Shown piece by piece: positions 1-10,774 of a stretch of DNA of 52,848 nt. Within the stretch, counting starts at the first letter, position 1. Every line of letters starts with the position of its first letter. Made by a program: the position numbers and the translations under genes. The notes beneath the pieces are model-generated. The model did no database searches. It was not told where the DNA came from and saw only the letters and a program-made list of their open reading frames with translations. The stretch comes from Candidatus Methylomirabilia bacterium (lineage in GTDB: Bacteria; Methylomirabilota; Methylomirabilia; Rokubacteriales; CSP1-6), in contig JBGQEL010000022.1 in NCBI GenBank assembly GCA_041496385.1, positions 1 to 52,848 of the forward strand. The letters are read 5' to 3'.

Positions 1-36
1 CATGTGCGGCTCCGACTCCGGTTTGTCCCCTCGCAT
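1..36 (-). CDS. 5' end of a gene running off the left edge (MRGDKPESEPHM...)
   Basis: Minus-strand GAGGAGG Shine-Dalgarno 5 nt before ATG at 36; frame open to position 1. Confidence 0.5.
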   Translation of the reverse strand, partial: MRGDKPESEPHM

Positions 37-126
37 GCGCGCCTCCTCACCGAGTGTTGCGCGCATCGTAGTCGAACTTCCCACGTGCCCCGGCATCAAA
101 TGTCGGGTTTTTCAGCAGCCTGCTAG

Positions 127-822
127 GTGCGACTCTTCCTGTTCGACATCGACGGGACGCTGCTCTCCACGCGGGGGCTCGGCCGCGCGGCGCTGAAGCG
201 CGCGCTCGAGCGGGTGTTCGGCACGGCCGGCACGATCGAGCAGTACGACCTGCGCGGCAAGACGGATCCTCGCATCGTCCACGACGTGCTGACCGCGGCG
301 GGCGTCCCGCGCGCGACGATCGAGGCGCGCGCCGCCGAGTGCTTCACGGTCTACGCGACGGAGCTCGAGGCCCTGCTGGGTGACGGGAGCGTCGTGCAGG
401 TGCTGCCGGGGATCGCCGAGCTGGTGGGCACGCTCGCCGCGCGCCGCGACGCCGTCGTGGGCCTGGTCACCGGGAACATCGAGCCCGGGGCGCGGCTGAA
501 GCTCCGGCCCACGGGGCTCCTGCCGCGCTTCAGCGTCGGCGCGTTCGGCTCGGACGACATGGACCGCCGTCGCCTGCCGCTCATCGCGCGGGCGCGCGCG
601 CGCAAGCTCACCGGCCACGACTTCGACTTCGAACGCGTCACGATCATCGGCGACACGCCTCACGACGTGGACTGCGCGCGCGCGTGCGGCGCCGTGGCCG
701 TCGCGGTCGCGACAGGGAACTACGGCGCCGAGGACCTCGCCGCCTGCGCGCCAGATCTATTGTTCCCGAGCTTCGCCGACGTGGAGGGCGCGCTGACGAT
801 GCTCACGGGGGGCGCGCCGTGA
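127..822 (+). CDS. HAD-superfamily hydrolase (phosphoglycolate phosphatase-like)
   Basis: Motif I LFDIDGTL, motif II LVTGN, motif IV IIGDTPHDV. Confidence 0.9.
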   Translation: MRLFLFDIDGTLLSTRGLGRAALKRALERVFGTAGTIEQYDLRGKTDPRIVHDVLTAAGVPRATIEARAAECFTVYATELEALLGDGSVVQVLPGIAELVGTLAARRDAVVGLVTGNIEPGARLKLRPTGLLPRFSVGAFGSDDMDRRRLPLIARARARKLTGHDFDFERVTIIGDTPHDVDCARACGAVAVAVATGNYGAEDLAACAPDLLFPSFADVEGALTMLTGGAP

Positions 823-1277
823 GCGTCGCGCTGCTGGTTCTCTGGCTCCACGTCCTGGGCGTGGTCGTCTGGGTCGGCGGGCTCATGTACCAGGCGCACG
901 TGCTCCTGCCGGCGGCGCGCCGCGGCCAGGCCGTGGTCTTCGCCGACGCCGCGCGCCGTGGCCGCGCGATCGCGTGGATGGCGATCGCGCTGATCGTGCT
1001 GACGGGCTTCTACAACGTCACGCGGCTCGGTCCGCTCGAGCGCGTCATGCAGAGCGGGGCGGCGCTGGCGCTTGTGGGCAAGTTCGCGCTCGTGCTCGTC
1101 GCCGTGGCGCTGGCGGGCCAGCGCGACTTCCAGCAGCTGCCGCGTCTCGCCCGCGCGCTCGCGGCGGGGACGAATCCGGCGTCGGCGCTCAGCGCGATCG
1201 CCTGGCTCGACCGCGCCGTGCTGGCTCTCGCCGCCGTGATCGTCTACCTCGGCCTCACCATTTCCCGCGCCGCCTGA
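819..1277 (+). CDS. CopD/DUF4149-like small membrane protein
   Basis: GTG overlaps the HAD stop (GTGA); WLHVLGVVVWVGG and LIVLTGFYN motifs; about 4 hydrophobic segments. Confidence 0.7.
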   Translation: MSVALLVLWLHVLGVVVWVGGLMYQAHVLLPAARRGQAVVFADAARRGRAIAWMAIALIVLTGFYNVTRLGPLERVMQSGAALALVGKFALVLVAVALAGQRDFQQLPRLARALAAGTNPASALSAIAWLDRAVLALAAVIVYLGLTISRAA

Positions 1278-1319
1278 CTCCCGCGCCGAAAGAGCGCACA
1301 CGTTCCGCGACGTCCACCG

Positions 1320-1474
1320 CTCCCGGCCCGGTCGGTCGGGGTGGGGCTCGAACGGACCCGTTCCTGCCACGCGGCGGCGGACGTGCCGCACCTGGATGGA
1401 GCCCAGCCGCACCGGAGCAGCGCACGCCTACCGCGTGGTCCATGGAGCCCCACCCCGACCGGCCGGGCCCGGAG
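1320..1474. other. 155-nt extended hairpin element between convergent genes (ncRNA, MITE or terminator candidate)
   Basis: Arms 1320-1349 and 1445-1474 are 28/30 reverse-complementary; inner stems GAACGG/CCGTTC and CCACGCGG/CCGCGTGG. Confidence 0.5.
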
Positions 1475-1475
1475 A

Positions 1476-2120
1476 CTACAGACCCGTGATCTTGATCCCC
1501 GAATTCTTGAGCTTGTAGCGGCGGTTGATCGTGGCGAGAACCGCGGTGATCCCCTCGAGGGGGCCCGCATTCGTGAGCGCGCCGACGTCGATCGGTCGCA
1601 GGCCGAGCGAGCGACCGAGCTCGGCGACCGTTTCCTTCGCAGCGGCGTCGCCGCCGCAGAGGAGCAGGTCGCACTCGATCGCGTGCTCCGTCGCCGAGAG
1701 CTCGTGGGCGGCGATGTGGTGGAACGCGGCGACGACTCTCGCGTCGGGAAGCAGCGCCTGGGCCTCCTCGGCGGCCGAGCCCGCGGGTGGCGGCGTGAAC
1801 AGGCGCGGGCCGCCGAACGTGAGCGGCACCACCGTGCTCACGACGACCTTGCCGCGGCAGGCCTCGCGCACCTCGGGGAGCGTCGCGGCCAGCCCCGAGA
1901 ACGGCACCGCCAGGACGACCGCATCGCCCTGCCGCGCGGCGTCGGCGTTGGCGGCGCCGCTGACGGCGCCCGCCCCCGCCTGGCCGGCGAGCTCTGCCGC
2001 CTTCGCCTGCGCGCGCGTCGGGTCGCGCGAGCCGATGACGATCGTGTGGCCGGCGAGCGCCCAGCGGGCGCCGAGGCCGGCGCCCTCCTTGCCGGTGCCT
2101 CCGACTATCGCGATGACCAT
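1476..2120 (-). CDS. npdG: NADPH-dependent F420 reductase (F420H2:NADP+ oxidoreductase)
   Basis: IAIVGGTGKEGAGLG Rossmann motif, IGSRD, GSAAEEAQ, C-terminal INRRYK..SGIKITGL; lies in the cof cluster. Confidence 0.92.
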   Translation of the reverse strand: MVIAIVGGTGKEGAGLGARWALAGHTIVIGSRDPTRAQAKAAELAGQAGAGAVSGAANADAARQGDAVVLAVPFSGLAATLPEVREACRGKVVVSTVVPLTFGGPRLFTPPPAGSAAEEAQALLPDARVVAAFHHIAAHELSATEHAIECDLLLCGGDAAAKETVAELGRSLGLRPIDVGALTNAGPLEGITAVLATINRRYKLKNSGIKITGL

Positions 2121-2128
2121 GCGTTCTC

Positions 2129-2881
2129 CTATCGGAACAGATCCCGCGCGGGATCGCGCAGGAGCGGCTTGGAGCCTTCCTCGGACGCGGCCAGGCGCAC
2201 GCCGCGGACGATCGCGGCGGGGATCCGGTCGAGCTTGCCCATGACCGGCTCGGCCGCCGCCGCAAGCTCGTCGGCGAGCGCCAGGATCGTGGCCTGGAGC
2301 GGCCGGCCCGCCGGGTCGCGCTCACCCAGATAGCTCCGGATCGGCGCGAAGCCGGCGAGGCCGATCGCGACGTTGGTGAGCCCTTCGCGCCAGGGACGCC
2401 CGAAGGTATCGGCGACGATCACGAACACGTCGGCGCCCGCGCGCGCGCGGACCGCTTCCCGGAGCGCGCGCGCCGAGCGATCGGGGTCCTCGGGCAGCAG
2501 CGCGACACAGTCGAGCTCCACGTTGGACTGGTCCACGCCGGCGTTGGCGCAGACCCAGCCGTGGTGCGTCTCGGTGATGAGCACGCCCTGGTCCATGCGC
2601 ACCACGCGCCGCGACTCCCGTAGGATCACCTCGATGAGGCGGGGGTCGCGCGCGAGGCTCGCCGCCATCGACTGGGCGACGGGCGAGGGCGTCACGTCGT
2701 CGAGCCGGACGAGGCGACCCTCCGCCTTCGACACGATCTTCTGGCCGACGACGAGGAGGTCGGCCGAGGCGATCGGCGTCCGCTGGCGTGCCGCGGCTTC
2801 GACGATGAGGCGCGCGATGTCGTCGCCCGGCCGGACCTCCGGGATGCCCTCGATGCCGATCACCTCGTAGCGCGGCGGCAC
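2129..2881 (-). CDS. cofE: Coenzyme F420-0:L-glutamate ligase (single domain)
   Basis: GIPEVRPGDD, QKIVSKAEGR, CANAGVDQSN, DTFGRPWREG, ADELAAAA, C-terminal RDLFR. Confidence 0.95.
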   Translation of the reverse strand: MPPRYEVIGIEGIPEVRPGDDIARLIVEAAARQRTPIASADLLVVGQKIVSKAEGRLVRLDDVTPSPVAQSMAASLARDPRLIEVILRESRRVVRMDQGVLITETHHGWVCANAGVDQSNVELDCVALLPEDPDRSARALREAVRARAGADVFVIVADTFGRPWREGLTNVAIGLAGFAPIRSYLGERDPAGRPLQATILALADELAAAAEPVMGKLDRIPAAIVRGVRLAASEEGSKPLLRDPARDLFR

Positions 2882-2882
2882 G

Positions 2883-3521
2883 CTAGCACCTCCACCGGCG
2901 CACGAGGCGCCCGCTCTCGGTGGTCGGCCCCTCGGCGAGGAGCGCGGTCAGATCCTCCGGGGCGTCCACGTCGAGACCGAGCCCGCGTAGCACGAGCACG
3001 CGGGGCTCGAGCCCGCGCGCCCGCGCGGCGCCGAGGTGGTTCTGGAAGGACGGCTCGCCGAATTTCAGCGGCATCGCGCCGGGCGGCACGAGCGCGACGC
3101 CGTTGGTGCCTTGGCCCGAGTGCGAGGGGACGAACGCGGGCCCGCCGTCCGCCGCGCCCGCCGCGAGCGCCCGGACTTCCGCCGGCGTCACGCACGGCAC
3201 GTCACCCGGGATCGTGAGGAACACCCGCGCGCCCAGGCGCACCGCCTCGGCCTGGGCGACGGCGACGGCGGCCGTGTGGCTCGAGTTCTCCTCGTCGTTT
3301 CCCGGCGCGAGCGGCTCGGCGTGGAGGCCGCGCGCGATCGCGGCGATCTCGCGGTCGCATGTGACCACCCAGACCGCGTCCAGTCCTGCGCCGGCGAGCG
3401 CGCCCAGCACGTCGCGCAGCATCGCGGCGGCGAGCGCCTGTCGGTGGGCCGGGCCCAGCGCCGGGACGAGGCGCTGCTTGGCGTTCGCGAGGTCCTTCAC
3501 GGGCACGGCGCAGACGATCAT
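2883..3521 (-). CDS. cofC: 2-phospho-L-lactate/PEP guanylyltransferase
   Basis: VPVKDLANAKQRL, GDVP, GTNG, FGEPSFQNH, LDVDAPEDL motifs. Confidence 0.93.
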   Translation of the reverse strand: MIVCAVPVKDLANAKQRLVPALGPAHRQALAAAMLRDVLGALAGAGLDAVWVVTCDREIAAIARGLHAEPLAPGNDEENSSHTAAVAVAQAEAVRLGARVFLTIPGDVPCVTPAEVRALAAGAADGGPAFVPSHSGQGTNGVALVPPGAMPLKFGEPSFQNHLGAARARGLEPRVLVLRGLGLDVDAPEDLTALLAEGPTTESGRLVRRWRC

Positions 3522-3525
3522 TGCA

Positions 3526-3698
3526 GTGCGAGCCGAGACGCGTCGGGCGCCGAGGCGAGCGGTGAGATGGCTCGAGGGTGTGCGAGCCGAGACGCGTCGG
3601 GCGCCGAGGCGAGCGGTGAGATGGCTCGAGGGTGTGCGGGCCGAGACGCGTCGGGCGCCGAGGCGAGCGGTGAGATGGCTCGAGGGTGTGCGAGCCGA
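3526..3698. repeat. Tandem repeat, 54-bp unit x3 plus 11-bp partial
   Basis: Unit GTGCGAGCCGAGACGCGTCGGGCGCCGAGGCGAGCGGTGAGATGGCTCGAGGGT at 3526, 3580 and 3634 (one substitution); partial at 3688. Confidence 0.97.
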
Positions 3699-3714
3699 CG
3701 CGCGCCGCGGCGGT

Positions 3715-4641
3715 TCATGCGGCGCACGAGAGCACGACGTGTGCGAGCGCTGTTTCCCGCTCGCGATCGGTCATGAGCGTGTCGGCGAGCACGGGGACCA
3801 CGCCGCGCCCCGCGAGCTCGGGCGCGCAGGCGGCGTCGCTCCGGTCGATCACGAGGACGTCGAGCCAGGGCGCGTACGCCGCCGCGACGCCGGCGGGCGA
3901 GACCGGAAAGCCCCGGGCGCGCATGAGCTCGCCGGCCGGCCCGCTCACCGCGGCGCCGCCGACGATCGGGCTCACCGCGACGATGGGCGCGCGCGCGGCG
4001 GCCAGGGCCTCCGCGATGCCCGGCACGGCCAGGACCGGGCCCACCGAGGTCACGGGATTCGACGGGCAGACGACGATCCGCTCGGCGCCGGCGATCGCCT
4101 CGAGCACGCCCGGTGCCGGGCGCGCGTCCGCGGCGCCCGCGTACGCGACCTCGAGCACGCGCACCTGGGCCTTCTCGCGTACGAAGTACTCCTGGAACGA
4201 GAGCCAGCCGTCGGGCGTCCGCACGCGCGTGCGCACCGGCGCGTCGCTCATCGGCAGGATGCGCGCGGCGGCGCCGAGCCGCAGCGCCAGCTCCGCCGTG
4301 ACGGCGGAGAGCGTCGCGCCCGCGCGGAGGGCGCGCGTCCGGTGAATGTGCGTCGCGAGGTCGCGGTCGCCGAGGTTGAACCAGGTCTCGGCGCCCAGGT
4401 CGCCCATCGCCTCGAGGCAGTGGAACGTCTCGCCGGCGAGCCCCCAGCCGCGCGCCACGTCGAGGCGGCCGGCGAGTGCGTAGGTCACCGTGTCGAGGTC
4501 GGGCGAGACGTGGAGACCCCAGATCTCGGTGTCGTCGCCCGTGTTGCCGATCACCGCGAGATCGCGCTCCGGCATCGCGGCGGTGAGCCCACGGAGGAGC
4601 TTGGCGGCGCCGGTGCCTCCGGCGATCGCGACGACGCGCAC
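3715..4641 (-). CDS. cofD: 2-phospho-L-lactate transferase
   Basis: AGGTGAAKLL, NTGDD, GLHVSPDLDTV, WFNLGDRDLATH, FQEYFV, PSNPVTSVGP. Confidence 0.95.
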   Translation of the reverse strand: MRVVAIAGGTGAAKLLRGLTAAMPERDLAVIGNTGDDTEIWGLHVSPDLDTVTYALAGRLDVARGWGLAGETFHCLEAMGDLGAETWFNLGDRDLATHIHRTRALRAGATLSAVTAELALRLGAAARILPMSDAPVRTRVRTPDGWLSFQEYFVREKAQVRVLEVAYAGAADARPAPGVLEAIAGAERIVVCPSNPVTSVGPVLAVPGIAEALAAARAPIVAVSPIVGGAAVSGPAGELMRARGFPVSPAGVAAAYAPWLDVLVIDRSDAACAPELAGRGVVPVLADTLMTDRERETALAHVVLSCAA

Positions 4642-4643
4642 GG

Positions 4644-5198
4644 CTAGACGCTCGCGGGCTCTTCGCGCAGCGTCCAGAGCGCGCTGCCACCGCGCCAGGC
4701 GTAGAGGCCGGCGCCGGGACGGCCCGCGAGGCCCGCGGGCAGCGTGCTCTCCGGTACGGGGATGAACCCGAAGCGGACCCAGACGCGATCGAGACCCTGC
4801 GGACGCGCGTAGACGGTGCGAACGCCGGCGGCCGTGGCGTGATCGAGGAGGGCGGCGACCAGCTGCGCGGCGATCTCGAGCGGGTCGTCGCCCGCGACGA
4901 CGACGGGACCGTCCAGCATCGCGGCGCCGCCGGTCCGCTCCGCGACGACGGCGCCGATTAGGCGCTCGGCGCCGTCGTCGGCGCCCCAGGCGAGCGCGAC
5001 GTCGCGGTCGGGCCAGGGCAGGGCGGCGTAGTCGAAGAGCGGTCGGGCCTGTGCGGCGTCGGGCAGAGGGCGGTACCCGATCCCCTGCCAGACCCGCGGG
5101 ACGGTTGCCGAGGCGAGCGTGGGAGCGGACGCGTGTCCGGCCCCCGGGCGGGACGAGTCGGAGCGCTCTGGCTTCGCCCGCGTCCTACTTCTTGCCAA
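4644..5198 (-). CDS. Divergent GNAT-fold protein (ArgA/ArsN2-like); start uncertain
   Basis: LIGAVVAE...LVAALLDHATAAGVRTVY...VWVRFGFIPV resembles the GNAT core, but there is no R/QxxGxG acetyl-CoA motif. Confidence 0.55.
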   Translation of the reverse strand: MARSRTRAKPERSDSSRPGAGHASAPTLASATVPRVWQGIGYRPLPDAAQARPLFDYAALPWPDRDVALAWGADDGAERLIGAVVAERTGGAAMLDGPVVVAGDDPLEIAAQLVAALLDHATAAGVRTVYARPQGLDRVWVRFGFIPVPESTLPAGLAGRPGAGLYAWRGGSALWTLREEPASV

Positions 5199-5478
5199 GC
5201 ACCGCGTCCTTCAGACTCTTGGCCAGACGGAACTTGCACACTCGCTTCGCCGGGATCTTTAGCGGCTCGCCGGTCTGCGGATTGCGGCCGATCCGTGCCT
5301 TGCGATTCGCGAGCACGAGCTTGCCGAAACCCGGCACGACGAACTGTCCGTTCTTCTTGGCTTCTCGGCTCGCCAGCGCGAGGGTCTCGTCGAGAATGCT
5401 CTCGATCTGCTTCTTGGAGAGCTGAGCCTTCTCCGCAAGGTGTGCGAGGGTCGCGGTCTTCGTCATCGTCTTCGCCAC
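5185..5478 (-). CDS. hup: HU-family DNA-binding protein
   Basis: PGFGKL, ARIGRNPQTGEPLKIPAK; strong GAGGAGG RBS before GTG. Confidence 0.95.
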   Translation of the reverse strand: MAKTMTKTATLAHLAEKAQLSKKQIESILDETLALASREAKKNGQFVVPGFGKLVLANRKARIGRNPQTGEPLKIPAKRVCKFRLAKSLKDAVLGKK

Positions 5479-5548
5479 GGGCTGCCTCCTCTAGAGCGTG
5501 AGTGATATCGACGCGAAGTGCATTAGTACCACAGGGTCGCGGGCTCGG

Positions 5549-6814
5549 CTACCTGCGCGTGAAGCGAAACTCGCCCGACGCGATCAGCTTCTTGTACGAG
5601 CCGAAGCGTGCCTCAGGGTCCTCGATCCCGTCGAGCGGCGACTCGGGCTCCTCGCCGTCTTTGTAGGTACGGACGGTCCGGTAGAGCGTGTCGCGCTGTG
5701 CCGGCACCCGCCGTGCGTCGCGGATCAGGCGGCAGAGCTCGCGCGGGCCCACGAGCTGGCCGTGCGTCGCGCCCGCCGACGTCGAGATGGATTCGTTGAT
5801 CAGCGTGCCGCCCATGTCGTTGGCGCCCGCGTCGAGGAGGACCTGCGCGAACTTCGGGCCCTCCTTCACCCAGGAGCACTGGATGTTGCGGAAGCTCGGG
5901 CCGAGCATGATCCGGGCGAGCGCGTGCATGCGGACGACCTCGGCGCCTGTGGCGCCCGGGCGCACGCCTGCGACGAGCGCCTTGGCGTACATCGGCGCCT
6001 CGGAGTGGATCAGCGAGAGCGGCACGAACTCGGTGAAGCCGCCCGTGTCCTTCTGGATCGAGCGCAGGAGGTCCATGTGGCGGACCCAGTGCGCCGGCGT
6101 CTCCACGTGGCCGTACATGATGGTCGACGTGGTCCGGATGCCGAGCGCGTGCGCGGTCGTGATCACCTCGAGCCACTGGTCCACGGTGATCCGGCCGCGT
6201 GATATGGCGTCGCGGATCTCCTGGTCGAGTATTTCGGCCGAGGTCCCCGGCAGCGTCCCCAGACCCGCGTCCTTGAGCTCCCGCAGGTAGTCCTTGATCG
6301 GCATCCCGGATCGCACCGACCCGTACAGGACCTCCTCCGGGGAGAAGGCGTGGATGTGGAGTCCGGGCAGCGCCGACGTGATCGCGCGCGTGAGGTCGAT
6401 GTAGTAGCGGCCGTCGAGCTTCGGCGGCAGCCCCGCCTGGATGCACACCTCGGTGGCGCCGAGCTCCCAGGCCTCGCGCGCGCGGCGCACGACCTCCGTG
6501 ACGGGGAGGAAGTAGCCCTCCTCCTCGCGGTGGTCGCGGCTGAAGGCGCAAAAGCCGCAATGCTTGATGCAGACGTTGGTGAAGTTGACGTTGCGGTTGA
6601 TCACGAACGTGACGACCTCGCCGGCCTGGCGGCGGCGCATTTCGTCGGCGACGAGCGTCAGCGCGTGGAGGTCGCGTCCGGCGACGTCCGCGAGCGCCAG
6701 CGCCTCGTCGGCGGGGACCTCGCGGCCGTCGAGGGCTCGGCCGAGCGCCCCGCGGACGTCGCGCGATGCCCAGTCGAGAGCGGGGGAGACCTTACCAGCG
6801 TCGCCAGTGTTCAT
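5549..6814 (-). CDS. cofH: FO synthase subunit CofH (radical SAM)
   Basis: NRNVNFTNVCIKHCGFCAF, GATEVCIQAG, HIHAFSPEE, PGTSAEIL, GFTEFVPL, NIQCSWVK, GANDMGGT; adjacent to cofG. Confidence 0.93.
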   Translation of the reverse strand: MNTGDAGKVSPALDWASRDVRGALGRALDGREVPADEALALADVAGRDLHALTLVADEMRRRQAGEVVTFVINRNVNFTNVCIKHCGFCAFSRDHREEEGYFLPVTEVVRRAREAWELGATEVCIQAGLPPKLDGRYYIDLTRAITSALPGLHIHAFSPEEVLYGSVRSGMPIKDYLRELKDAGLGTLPGTSAEILDQEIRDAISRGRITVDQWLEVITTAHALGIRTTSTIMYGHVETPAHWVRHMDLLRSIQKDTGGFTEFVPLSLIHSEAPMYAKALVAGVRPGATGAEVVRMHALARIMLGPSFRNIQCSWVKEGPKFAQVLLDAGANDMGGTLINESISTSAGATHGQLVGPRELCRLIRDARRVPAQRDTLYRTVRTYKDGEEPESPLDGIEDPEARFGSYKKLIASGEFRFTRR

Positions 6815-7931
6815 ACGGTTCCTTCACCAGGCCGTGGTCGTCGACGAGCGCGGCGACGCGCGGGCGCAGGGTCTCGTCGAGAAACTCCGGGCGCGTCGCG
6901 TACTCGGGATAGATCGCGAGGCGCTCGCGGAAGACGAAGGCCGCGTCCTCGGTCGCCCGTCTGAGCTCGGGGATGAGCGGCCACGGCCTCTCGGGGTTGA
7001 TGTGGTCGAGCGTGAGCGGCGAGATGCCGCCCCAGTCGTTGAGGCCCGCCGCGAGCAGGCGCGGGTAGTCACGCGGCGACAGGTTCGGCGGCGCCTGGAT
7101 GCTCACCTCGGCGGGGAGCAGGAGCCGCGCGACCGCGATGGTCTGGAGGAGAACGTCCAGCGAGGGCTCGGGGTGATCCCGCATCGGGATCGCCGGCTTG
7201 GCGCGGAAGGTCTGGACGATGACCTCCTGGATGTGGCCGTGCGTCTCGTGCAGATCGCGGATGGCGGCGAGCGCGTCCACGCGCTCGCGCGGCGTCTCGC
7301 CGATGCCGATGAGGATGCCCGTGGTGAACGGGATCGCGAGCTTCCCCGCGAGCGCGAGCGTCCGGAGGCGTCGGGCCGGGACCTTGTCGGGGGCGTTGTC
7401 GTGGGCCATCCCGGGACCGAGGAGGCGCGCGGCGACGGTCTCGAGCATGAGGCCCATGCTCACGTTGACCTCGCGCAGCGCCGAGAGATCGCGCTCGGTC
7501 ATCACGCCGGGGTTCGCGTGCGGCAGAAGCGGTGACTCGGCCAGCACGCGCGCGCAGACGGCACGGAGGTACGAGAGCGTCGTGCGGTGACCGTGGCGCC
7601 GGAGGAACTCGCGGTGCTCGGGGAAGGCGGCCTCGGGCTTGTCGCCGAGCGAGAACAGCGCCTCCTTGACGCCGAGCCGACCGCCGGCCTGGGCCAGCGC
7701 GACGACCTCGTCGGGTGTCAGCGTGCGGGCACCGGGCTCGCCGGGATCGCGGCGGAAGGTGCAATAGCCGCAGTAGTCGCGGCAGAGGGTCGTCAGCGGG
7801 ACGAAGACCTTCGCCGAGAAGGTCACGTTCCGGCCGCGCCGGTCGCGAACCTCGGCGGCGCGCAGGAGCAGCTCGCCGAGCGCGGCGGGCGGCGCCTCGA
7901 CGAGCCGGCAGGCCTCGGCGTGCGAGATCAC
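6792..7931 (-). CDS. cofG: FO synthase subunit CofG (radical SAM)
   Basis: KVFVPLTTLCRDYCGYCTF, EALFSLGDKPE, LPHANPG, SMGLMLE, FTTGILIGIGE, QAPPNL, DWGGISP..DHINPERPWP. Confidence 0.95.
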   Translation of the reverse strand: MISHAEACRLVEAPPAALGELLLRAAEVRDRRGRNVTFSAKVFVPLTTLCRDYCGYCTFRRDPGEPGARTLTPDEVVALAQAGGRLGVKEALFSLGDKPEAAFPEHREFLRRHGHRTTLSYLRAVCARVLAESPLLPHANPGVMTERDLSALREVNVSMGLMLETVAARLLGPGMAHDNAPDKVPARRLRTLALAGKLAIPFTTGILIGIGETPRERVDALAAIRDLHETHGHIQEVIVQTFRAKPAIPMRDHPEPSLDVLLQTIAVARLLLPAEVSIQAPPNLSPRDYPRLLAAGLNDWGGISPLTLDHINPERPWPLIPELRRATEDAAFVFRERLAIYPEYATRPEFLDETLRPRVAALVDDHGLVKEPYEHWRRW

Positions 7932-8896
7932 GCGCGCGCCTTTCGGACTTTCGGGCGGACCTCGGCGGCGAAGCGCTCCATGTTCGCCAGCACCTTCGCG
8001 GGCTCCTGGTGGGTCGGGTCGAACACGAAGTGCGAGACGCCGAGCGCCGCGTAGCGCCGTACGTCGCCCGCGACCTCGTCGGCGGTCCCCTGGAACAGCG
8101 GCCGGTCACCAGCCGCCGCCTTCTGCTGCTTCGACCGCACCTCCATCGGACAGCGGAAAGTGAGCGCGACCGATTTCGGGTTCCGCCCCGCGCGCTCGGC
8201 CCACGCGCGGACCTGCTTGGCCTTCGACGCGTACTCGTCCGGCAGGAGCATCGCGGGCGGCCGGAGTCCGATCGGATGCCAGGCATCGCCGAGCGTGCCG
8301 GCGCGCTTCAGCGCGGCATCGGTGTGGCCGCCGATCCAGATCGGGATGCCCCGCGTCTGCGCCGGCTTCGGCATCACGTGGACGTCGCGGATCCGGTAGT
8401 AGCGGCCGTCGACGCTCACCGGGTCCGTCGTCCAGGCCGCGCGCATCAGGCGGAGGTACTCGTCGGTCACCGCGCCGCGCGCCTCGAACGGCGGCGCCGC
8501 GAGGGCTTCGAACTCCTCGCGGAGCCAGCCCACACCGGCGCCGAGGATGACGCGGCCCCGCGCGAGCCGGTCGATGGTCGCGAGCATCTTCGCGGCGAGG
8601 AGCGGGTTGCGATAGGGGACGACGAGGACGCTCGTGCCGAGGTGGACGCGCGTCGTCGCGTGGGCGAGCCACGCCATGAGGGTGAGGGGCTCGAGGTAAT
8701 CCTGGTTCGCGCTGCCGGGGAGCCGCCCCGTCGTGGCGTAGGGATACACGGAGCGCGCCGACGACGCGGGGAGGACGACGTGGTCGGTGACGAACAGGGA
8801 ATCGTAGCGGAGACGATCGGCCTTGGTCGCCATACGCAGCAACGTGGCGGGCGTGGCGAGCGGGCCGCGGCCGGGAAGCGAGAAACCGAACTCCAC
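7928..8896 (-). CDS. LLM-class F420-dependent oxidoreductase
   Basis: SLFVTDHVVLP, LGTSVLVVPYRNP, LGAGVGWLREEF, IPIWIGG; heads the cof operon. Confidence 0.9.
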   Translation of the reverse strand: MEFGFSLPGRGPLATPATLLRMATKADRLRYDSLFVTDHVVLPASSARSVYPYATTGRLPGSANQDYLEPLTLMAWLAHATTRVHLGTSVLVVPYRNPLLAAKMLATIDRLARGRVILGAGVGWLREEFEALAAPPFEARGAVTDEYLRLMRAAWTTDPVSVDGRYYRIRDVHVMPKPAQTRGIPIWIGGHTDAALKRAGTLGDAWHPIGLRPPAMLLPDEYASKAKQVRAWAERAGRNPKSVALTFRCPMEVRSKQQKAAAGDRPLFQGTADEVAGDVRRYAALGVSHFVFDPTHQEPAKVLANMERFAAEVRPKVRKARA

Positions 8897-8959
8897 GATC
8901 GTCCTCCGAGAAAAGGGAGCGCCTCGAACGCGACGGCGCCTATGGTATCACTAAGCCGT

Positions 8960-10770
<1,811 letters not shown>

Positions 10771-10774
<4 letters not shown>

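Noticed and set aside
3526..3698. Possible CRISPR array (also 12041-12160)
   Set aside because: Units are head-to-tail, near-identical copies with no unique spacers, and there are no cas genes
7715..8959. 1019-aa ORF suggesting an N-terminally extended MnmG
   Set aside because: The extension is antisense to the LLM and cofG genes; MnmG homology starts at ATG 8960
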